From Bdellovibrio sp. (GTDB taxonomy: Bacteria; Bdellovibrionota; Bdellovibrionia; Bdellovibrionales; Bdellovibrionaceae), in the NCBI GenBank assembly GCA_036676395.1, contig JAKFCY010000002.1, positions 576,001 to 640,000 on the forward strand: a stretch of 64,000 nucleotides of DNA, given 5' to 3'. The stretch's first letter is position 1; every line of letters begins with the position of its first letter. Shown piece by piece: positions 57,618 through 64,000 of this stretch. The notes beneath the pieces were generated by a model. That model searched no databases. It saw only the letters and a program-made list of their open reading frames with translations, and had not been told where the DNA came from. The translations under genes and the position numbers were made by a program.

Positions 57618-58964
57618 ATGAATTTATTCAAGTTAGCTTTTAAATCAATTCGTCATAGATCTTTTGCAACTACGGCTACGCTATTTTCAGTGGTGTTAAG
57701 CTTATTATTACTTTTTACCGTAGAGCGCGTACGTAGATCTGTTGAAGATAGCTTTACCCAAACTGTTTCTGGTGTGGATTTGTTAGTCGGTGCCAGAACT
57801 GGATCGCTGCAGTTAGTGCTATTTTCAGTTTTTAACATCGGCCAAGTTACAAATAATGTGTCATATGACAGTTACGATAAAATTCATCATCATCCGGACG
57901 TGGATTGGACTATTCCAATTAGTTTAGGTGATGGTCATAAAGGTTACCGCGTTGTTGGTACAACGACAGAATTTTTTGAACACTATCAAGTTAGATCTAG
58001 CGAACATTTAAAAATTGTTAACGGGTCACTTTTTACTGAAGCCAACGAAGTTGTATTAGGTGCTGAAGTTGCCGAAGTTTTAAAATACAAATTAGGCGAT
58101 AAAATCATCGTCGCTCATGGCAGTACGTCAGGTGAATCTTTTGAAGAGCATGCTGATCAGCCCTTAACTGTGGTTGGTATTTTAGGAGCAACAGGAACAG
58201 CGGTAGATCGTTCGCTTTACATCACGCTAGCGGCGATGGAACACATGCATGATGAGCATGAAGGCGAAACGCCTGAAGAGCATGCTCGGCACGAAGGTGC
58301 CAAACATGAAAAAGAAGAAGATCATGCGGGCCACGATCACCATAAACATCACGATGAAAAAGAACACGAAGGCGAAGAACATGATCACGAAGCCCACGAT
58401 CATGAACATCATCCTGAACAAATCACATCGTTTTTTGTAAAATTAAAAAGCAAAACTAAAATTTTAGCGATGCAGCGTGAAATTACTGACAATAAAGGTG
58501 AAGCCTTATTAGCCGTTATTCCAGCGTCAGTATTAAGTGATCTTTGGAAAAGTCTTTCACAAATTGAATTCGTTTTAAAACTAATTTCAGCTTTAGTGAT
58601 GGTTGTTGGCCTTATCGGCATGGTGATCGCGTTAATGACTAGTCTAAACGAACGTCGCCGTGAAATGGCGATCTTACGTTCGCTAGGTGCAGGCTTTTCG
58701 CATTTAGCAAAATTAGTTCTTTTAGAAGTGTTTTTAATTTTAGGTTTAGCCGTCATGACCAGTGCCGTGTTAAAAGTATTATTAGAAATTGCATTGACTG
58801 ATTATGTGGCGAAAAAATTTGGATTATTCTTAACGGGTTCATATTTTTCAGCGATGGATGTATCAATGATGGTTGCTACGGTCGTTATTGGGTTAGTGTT
58901 TGCGCTGGGCCCGATTGTGATCTTTAAAAACAAATCATTAAAAGATGGTCTTGCAGTCAAATAA
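57618..58964 (+). CDS. MacB/FtsX-type ABC permease with His/Glu-rich insert (ZrgC-like)
   Basis: SGVDLLVGAR.GSLQLVL, IPISLGD.H.GYRVVGT, ERRREMAILRSLGA; His-rich tract at about 58240-58410. Confidence 0.88.
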   Translation: MNLFKLAFKSIRHRSFATTATLFSVVLSLLLLFTVERVRRSVEDSFTQTVSGVDLLVGARTGSLQLVLFSVFNIGQVTNNVSYDSYDKIHHHPDVDWTIPISLGDGHKGYRVVGTTTEFFEHYQVRSSEHLKIVNGSLFTEANEVVLGAEVAEVLKYKLGDKIIVAHGSTSGESFEEHADQPLTVVGILGATGTAVDRSLYITLAAMEHMHDEHEGETPEEHARHEGAKHEKEEDHAGHDHHKHHDEKEHEGEEHDHEAHDHEHHPEQITSFFVKLKSKTKILAMQREITDNKGEALLAVIPASVLSDLWKSLSQIEFVLKLISALVMVVGLIGMVIALMTSLNERRREMAILRSLGAGFSHLAKLVLLEVFLILGLAVMTSAVLKVLLEIALTDYVAKKFGLFLTGSYFSAMDVSMMVATVVIGLVFALGPIVIFKNKSLKDGLAVK

Positions 58965-58965
58965 T

Positions 58966-59442
58966 ATGGATTTTTCGAAAAACTATATTACGCCGCAAGG
59001 CTTTGCAAAATTAAAAGCCGAATACCACGAGTTAATCGCCGTCGAGCGCCCCAAGGTCGTCGAAGTCGTCACTTGGGCTGCCAGCAATGGTGATCGCTCA
59101 GAAAATGCCGATTACCAGTACGGTAAACGTCGTTTGCGCCAGATTGATGGGCGACTTCATTTTTTACAAAAGCGTATGGAAGCCGCTGAAGTGATTGATC
59201 CTAAATCACTTAAATCAGATAAAGTCATTTTTGGAGCAAAGATCACCATTGAAAATGAAGACGGGGATCAGCACACCTATCAAATCGTTGGTGAAGACGA
59301 AATTGATATTAAATTAAATAAAATTTCATGGAAATCACCAGTCGCTAAAGCCCTATTGGGTAAAAAGCTTGATGATGAAGTCAAAATTCAAAAACCAGCA
59401 GGTGATGAACTTGTTGTGATCACAGATATTGTCTTTGAATAA
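58966..59442 (+). CDS. greB: Transcription elongation factor GreB
   Basis: NYITP.G, WAASNGDRSENADYQYGKRRLR.ID, ISWKSPVAKAL; ATG at 58966. Confidence 0.95.
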   Translation: MDFSKNYITPQGFAKLKAEYHELIAVERPKVVEVVTWAASNGDRSENADYQYGKRRLRQIDGRLHFLQKRMEAAEVIDPKSLKSDKVIFGAKITIENEDGDQHTYQIVGEDEIDIKLNKISWKSPVAKALLGKKLDDEVKIQKPAGDELVVITDIVFE

Positions 59443-59491
59443 CACACCGCTATTTAATTGAGTCCGGCCAGTTACACGTTAGCATTAATAC

Positions 59492-60157
59492 ATGCGTAAC
59501 CGTTTAGTCTTATATTTTGCCGGATTCATTGTAGCCATCATGTGCTTTCTGATGTTCGACTATACGGCTCGTCGCGATTATCTAGTTAAAACCAGCCAAC
59601 CGCGCCAAATTGCAACCCCTGAAGCTATCGTCATTGAAGACGATGCGGATTCAGCAAATGGGATTGCTGCGCGCACAAGATTTTTAACACGCTTTAAAAA
59701 TTTTGCGATTCGCATGAACGCTCTTTCTGATGATCCCGAACAAAGCGAAGAATTCTTACGCGATTTTTCACAAACAATTAAGCCCGAAGACATTATAGCT
59801 TTAAGTAATGTTTTGAATGACCGCAAAATTAGAAATGACGAAAGAACTTTAGCCTTAGAACTGATGGTGATGAATCAAGATTTCGCCAGTCATGATTTAA
59901 TTAATAATTTTGTGCAAAATGAAAGTTTTACGACAAGAGATCATCAAGAATTTGAAATTTCGCTTCGCGCGCAGGCGATCGAAGGTTTAACTTTGTTTGC
60001 AGATAAAAAATTAGTGCGTAAAAATTTAGAAAATTTAAGAATTCGCACGCGCCATGCATTCTTGCACGACCGTGCCGAAAAAGCGATTCAATATTTGTCG
60101 AACACAAACTTAAATGTCCCAATTGAGAATGCCGATGCTGAAGCTTCGTCGCCATAA
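59492..60157 (+). CDS. Membrane-anchored helical hypothetical protein
   Basis: N-terminal TM followed by a helical acidic domain. Confidence 0.65.
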   Translation: MRNRLVLYFAGFIVAIMCFLMFDYTARRDYLVKTSQPRQIATPEAIVIEDDADSANGIAARTRFLTRFKNFAIRMNALSDDPEQSEEFLRDFSQTIKPEDIIALSNVLNDRKIRNDERTLALELMVMNQDFASHDLINNFVQNESFTTRDHQEFEISLRAQAIEGLTLFADKKLVRKNLENLRIRTRHAFLHDRAEKAIQYLSNTNLNVPIENADAEASSP

Positions 60158-61133
60158 AAAAACTGAACACAGCTGCGATGGGCACGGCCATGATCACGGT
60201 CATGACCATAAACACGACCACGGCAATCATCATCACCATCATGTCGATATTCAAAGCGAAGCCGATATTTCGAAAGCTTTTATTATTGGTGGAGTGTTAA
60301 ATTTTATTTTCGTGATTTTTGAATTCACGATTGGTGTTATCACCGGATCAGTTTCATTAATTGCCGATGCTGTTCATAATTTCTCTGATGTGATTTCGTT
60401 ATTCTTATCGTGGATTGGTTTTAAATTAAACAAATCAAAACCTTCGGCGCAATTTACCTACGGCTTAAAAAAGATGTCATTGATGATCGCATTTTTTAAT
60501 TCGATCACTTTGATTTTAAGTTTAATTTACATTATTTACGAAGCCTACCATCGTTTTATCGAGCCACAAGCTGTTGCCGAAGATAAAATTATATTAGTGG
60601 CTGGTCTTGGTATTGGGGTAAATTTTTTATCAGCATTTTTATTTAGAAAAAACCACAGTGATGTAAATATTAAAGGTGCTTATCTGCACTTAATGATGGA
60701 TGCCTTTATTTCATTAGGTGTGGTGATTGCTGGCCTTGGTATTAAGTTTACCGGCTGGGCGGTTCTTGATCCGATTGCAGCCTGTTTAATCGTGATCTTT
60801 ATCGCTAAAGGAACAGTGTCGTTATTGCGTGAGTCTTTTGTATTATTACTTGGAGGCGTGCCGTTAACAATCAATTCAGACCAAGTCAGAAAACAGATTT
60901 TATCTTGCAATGAAGTTTTAGAAATTCACGATTTGCATATCTGGTCATTAAGTTCATCTGAAGTGGCCCTGACAGCACATATTAAAATGAAAGATAAAAA
61001 GCATCCCGGTGATTTATTTTTAAAAAATTTAAATCAAATGCTGCGGGATAAATTTGCTATTTCGCATGTGACCATTCAAATTGAAATCGGTGATTTGGCA
61101 GATGCGGCCTGTGATCTTGATAATAAATGTTAA
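60114..61133 (+). CDS. Cation diffusion facilitator (CzcD/ZitB-like Zn/Co/Cd efflux)
   Basis: His-rich N-terminus, LIADAVHNFSD, AYLHLMMD, DLHIW, HVTIQIE; start uncertain. Confidence 0.92.
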   Translation: MSQLRMPMLKLRRHKKTEHSCDGHGHDHGHDHKHDHGNHHHHHVDIQSEADISKAFIIGGVLNFIFVIFEFTIGVITGSVSLIADAVHNFSDVISLFLSWIGFKLNKSKPSAQFTYGLKKMSLMIAFFNSITLILSLIYIIYEAYHRFIEPQAVAEDKIILVAGLGIGVNFLSAFLFRKNHSDVNIKGAYLHLMMDAFISLGVVIAGLGIKFTGWAVLDPIAACLIVIFIAKGTVSLLRESFVLLLGGVPLTINSDQVRKQILSCNEVLEIHDLHIWSLSSSEVALTAHIKMKDKKHPGDLFLKNLNQMLRDKFAISHVTIQIEIGDLADAACDLDNKC

Positions 61134-61172
61134 AAAAATAGGTCGATGATTTTTAGTCACCGCCCCATAGTA

Positions 61173-61952
61173 TTATTCAGTGATTATATCGTAAATTGTA
61201 TGAGTCGTTGTTCCTACAAGAAACGTAACTTTAAACTTAGAGTAAGAGTGAAATTTTAAAAATTCGAGTAAATTTTCACACAAGTTTCTATTAACAAAAC
61301 TATACTTACTGCCTTTGCCTAGAATAATTAAAAAAGCAGGTATAGTTGGGTTATTGCCCGTGCCACAGTCGGCAGTGGCTGCTTGGGTCATATCGTCAGC
61401 TTTAGTTTGTAAATTAACTCGCTCGGGATAAGTCGTATTAAGCCGAGCCCAGGTATAAGTTTCAGATTTAAAGATATGACGATCACGACCACCAGTTAGT
61501 GCTAAATAATAAAAATCTTTTTCGGTTAAGCCAGTTGCCGTATATAAAGTACTGCTGAGTTCATAGTTTTTATCTAAACCTGGTTCGCTTAATCCTAAAA
61601 TTTCATGAAACACGATCAAGGCTGATTTGTTTTCAGCAAGCCCTTGGCGTGATTCGCGACACCATTTTTGCGAAAGATAAATACGATTCGCTGCAGGCTC
61701 ATTCATCGCAATATATTGATTGCCCTCGTAGTTAACCATTTCAGTTTGTACTTCGACGATTTCAGCAGTGTTTACTTTTTCTAAAAAGCGATCTGAATCA
61801 AATGCGATTCCATCAACAAGACTGTGAATAACTTTGCCGTAACTGATAAAGTGTTCAACACAAGTATTGCCGCCACCGCGCACGCCAAATGATCCTGAAG
61901 CTAATGTTTGTGCCGTAATTAAAGTAATAAGTAGAAAAACTAATTGTTTCAT
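61173..61952 (-). CDS. Secreted hypothetical protein (GGGN after signal peptide, HEILG motif)
   Basis: Signal peptide; ATGA overlap with the upstream gene. Confidence 0.7.
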   Translation of the reverse strand: MKQLVFLLITLITAQTLASGSFGVRGGGNTCVEHFISYGKVIHSLVDGIAFDSDRFLEKVNTAEIVEVQTEMVNYEGNQYIAMNEPAANRIYLSQKWCRESRQGLAENKSALIVFHEILGLSEPGLDKNYELSSTLYTATGLTEKDFYYLALTGGRDRHIFKSETYTWARLNTTYPERVNLQTKADDMTQAATADCGTGNNPTIPAFLIILGKGSKYSFVNRNLCENLLEFLKFHSYSKFKVTFLVGTTTHTIYDIITE

Positions 61953-62767
61953 AAATTTCCTGAAGTGACTTTAAAGAGCTGAATTCCTAAAGTGTATACG
62001 CTGTTTTTAATTTTTGCTTCGTGTGATAAAGCCGTAATGCGGTTGAAACATTCTTCGATGATGCCTTCAGCTTCTTTAACCTGAGCTGAGTCAAGAATGA
62101 TAGTTTCTGTTCCAACAATACGATCTTGCATTGGTAAATTGTCGATCGCCCATTTTGAACGATCTAACATCTGTTTGTAGAACGCGCGAATTGAAGTGCT
62201 TGGTGTTGCTGATTGTAAAAGGTGTGAGCAGTTTTCACTGCGCATGTATTTGTTGTCTGCAAATTTGATGAGTCCAGCTTGGCTTAAATTTGCTAAAATT
62301 TTATCCGCTTCGTCAGCTTCTAAGTTTAAAAGTTTAGTTAAACCGGCAGCGTTTATGCTTGAGTGTGCGCCAGACATTAACACCAGCGTAGAAATATGAT
62401 TCAAATCTAAAATTTTATCGAAATTAATGCTGTCGACTTTTTTACGACGGTGAGAGTGCGCCAAGCCGTTAAGCTTTTTTTGAATTTTATCGATCTTTAA
62501 ATTATCTGTTTCATGAGTAACCTGAATCATGCCCGTTAAATATTCGACTTCAGTTGCTGACAAGTCTAACCATTCAGCAACTTTTAAAGCGGTATCAACT
62601 GACAAATGTTTTTTCTTATTCATCACAGTTGATAAATAGGCTGGTGACAGATCCATTTTGTAAGCAACAGATCTTAGCGAAATTTTACGTGCGCTGTCTT
62701 CTTGTTTTTTAGAAATGGCATCGCGAACGTACACACGGTAATCGTCGTATTGAAAAATATTTGTCAT
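61949..62767 (-). CDS. TIGR02147 family protein (XRE-like HTH + DUF4423)
   Basis: IFQYDDYR, SLRSVA....SPAYLS.V...K.LS, IRAFYKQML, VYTLGIQLF. Confidence 0.8.
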   Translation of the reverse strand: MTNIFQYDDYRVYVRDAISKKQEDSARKISLRSVAYKMDLSPAYLSTVMNKKKHLSVDTALKVAEWLDLSATEVEYLTGMIQVTHETDNLKIDKIQKKLNGLAHSHRRKKVDSINFDKILDLNHISTLVLMSGAHSSINAAGLTKLLNLEADEADKILANLSQAGLIKFADNKYMRSENCSHLLQSATPSTSIRAFYKQMLDRSKWAIDNLPMQDRIVGTETIILDSAQVKEAEGIIEECFNRITALSHEAKIKNSVYTLGIQLFKVTSGNL

Positions 62768-62776
62768 AGTTGGCGC

Positions 62777-62804
62777 ATAATATAAGAGCGGAAACCCTTG
62801 TCAA
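62777..62804 (-). promoter_or_regulatory. Sigma70-type promoter for the TIGR02147 gene
   Basis: TTGACA-N16-TATTAT on the minus strand, 9 nt before the ATG. Confidence 0.5.
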
Positions 62805-63125
62805 TAGCGACAAGGCGGGGATTTTCATTACTGTTTACAAGGGTAAACTAAGGCGTTTTTGCTCTCACTTGGTTTTCATTTTACTGCTGGATGCTTGGAT
62901 ATTGGGCTCTTTCGGGCCGTAAATGATTCAAACCTCAGACACACTTTTTGTCTCAATTGAAGATAATACCAACTAAGAGCTTAAAAAAAACACTGCCACA
63001 AAGATCGAGTTGTCTCAATATAGCTCGATCTGGGCGATCTCGGTCGATTTGATTGCCGGACTCGAGTAAACAAATATAGCCTGCTTAGCCGCTGTCTCAG
63101 TAAACAGAAATAATTGAGCTACTAT

Positions 63126-63152
63126 TCATTCGATCAATGTTTAATCCGATAA
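63126..63152 (+). promoter_or_regulatory. Candidate sigma28 promoter for the fibre gene
   Basis: TCCGATAA -10 element 7 nt before GTG, same geometry as fliL; weak -35 (TCAT). Confidence 0.4.
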
Positions 63153-63159
63153 AGGTACT

Positions 63160-64000
63160 GTGAATACCAATCTGTTGTATGTTTATCTACTATTCAGTTC
63201 TCTTTTTGCAACATCAGCATTTGCCATTCCTGGATTAACGACTTATCAGGCTCGAATTATTCAACCAAATGGTGTGCCCTTAGAATCAAACGGCGTAAGT
63301 TTTCGTTTTACAATTTTAAATCCTGTAGAAAATTGCATTCTTTATGTCGAAGATCACAATGCGATTAACATGAATAACACCAGTGGGTTAGTTACGTTTT
63401 CGCTGGGAAGCGGAACAAAAATTTATCCAACTTCTGGCACACTTACTTTTCAAGATGTATTCAATAACTCATCTGCACCGTTAGCGTGTCAGGCGAGTGG
63501 AACTTACGGGCCTGGTGCAAACGATGTTCGTAAAATCGTGATGCAGTTTAACGATAGCAACGGTTGGCAAACATTACCAGCCATGAGTATCAATGCGGTT
63601 CCGTATGCGATGTTTGCGACAGATGCGCAAAAACTTGGAGGCGTGAGTGCCACAAGTTACGTTAATTACAGCGCGATTCCAACGTGTACAGCTTCGCAAG
63701 CGCTGCAATACACGGGTTCAGGTTTTCTTTGCATCACCGCAGGTGGTGGTAGTGCGTCGGGAACAATCACAGCCGGTGATATTACAACAGCGCTGGGTTA
63801 CACCCCGGCAGATGCAGCCACATTATCAGCTTCATATACAACAGTCGCTGCGTCGTATTCGACAGTGACAGCTACAGTTTCTACTTTAAGTACAGAAGTT
63901 GCAAGTTTAGCGGCACTTGTTTCTGGCACTTCAAATTTTTCAAGTTTAGATTTAGGTTCGGTAAGTGCTACAGGTATTTTAGCTGAAGCGCGCTTACCAA
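63160..64000 (+). CDS. N-terminus of a Bdellovibrio MAT-type (phage-tail-fibre-like) adhesin, truncated by the window end (not in ORF track)
   Basis: GTG at 63160, frame open to 64000: signal peptide, TYQARII.PNG.PLE...V.FRF.I.NP..C.LY.E, RKIVMQFND..GWQ, AVPYAMFA..A.KLGG, ITTALGYTP. Confidence 0.8.
   Translation, partial: MNTNLLYVYLLFSSLFATSAFAIPGLTTYQARIIQPNGVPLESNGVSFRFTILNPVENCILYVEDHNAINMNNTSGLVTFSLGSGTKIYPTSGTLTFQDVFNNSSAPLACQASGTYGPGANDVRKIVMQFNDSNGWQTLPAMSINAVPYAMFATDAQKLGGVSATSYVNYSAIPTCTASQALQYTGSGFLCITAGGGSASGTITAGDITTALGYTPADAATLSASYTTVAASYSTVTATVSTLSTEVASLAALVSGTSNFSSLDLGSVSATGILAEARLP

Noticed and set aside
58227..58440. Met/Phe-rich and Met/Lys-rich short ORFs and apparent tandem repeats
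   Set aside because: Alternative-frame readings of the His/Glu codon tract in the permease; the same applies to 59928-60254 opposite the CDF His tract
1438..62399. Numerous 60-120 aa antisense or alternate-frame ORFs (e.g. 7011-7325, 12074-12385, 20150-20455, 55282-55644)
   Set aside because: Lie within or largely overlap well-supported genes and show no motifs or RBS
63647..63868. 73-aa plus-strand ORF from the track
   Set aside because: Out-of-frame shadow inside the longer fibre ORF starting at 63160

Overview
AT-rich, gene-dense bacterial chromosome segment, most likely from a predatory Bdellovibrionota (Bdellovibrio/Pseudobdellovibrio-like). That assignment is inferred from a TIGR02147-type HTH protein, an AgmX/PglI-type protein and a MAT-type fibre adhesin N-terminus. 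Housekeeping genes dominate: secG, tmk-holB-tatD-gap-pgk-tpiA, ilvA, hisC, cmk-rpsA, sppA, nrdR-nusB, menB, lgt, hisS, greB. I found no rRNA, tRNA, CRISPR array, integrase or transposase. The most interesting accessory content is: (1) a tandemly duplicated, translationally coupled pair of SleB-type cell-wall hydrolase plus secreted partner, a candidate effector/self-protection module; (2) a divergent PIG-L deacetylase / LysR / GpgS-HAD fusion / ClC cluster that could make an undescribed amino-sugar solute; (3) a URC-type uracil catabolism operon with a CoA-acylating malonate-semialdehyde dehydrogenase and uridine kinase; (4) a membrane-anchored FliF-like/FliG-like fusion outside any flagellar cluster; (5) a hydantoinase A/B pair that has lost its catalytic motifs; (6) palindromic repeats bracketing an orphan peptide-binding protein; (7) a recurring GTCTCA-N3-TGAGAC-like intergenic motif. 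Two ORFs missing from the ORF track were added (24417-24593 and 63160->64000). All family calls are by eye from motifs; no searches were run.
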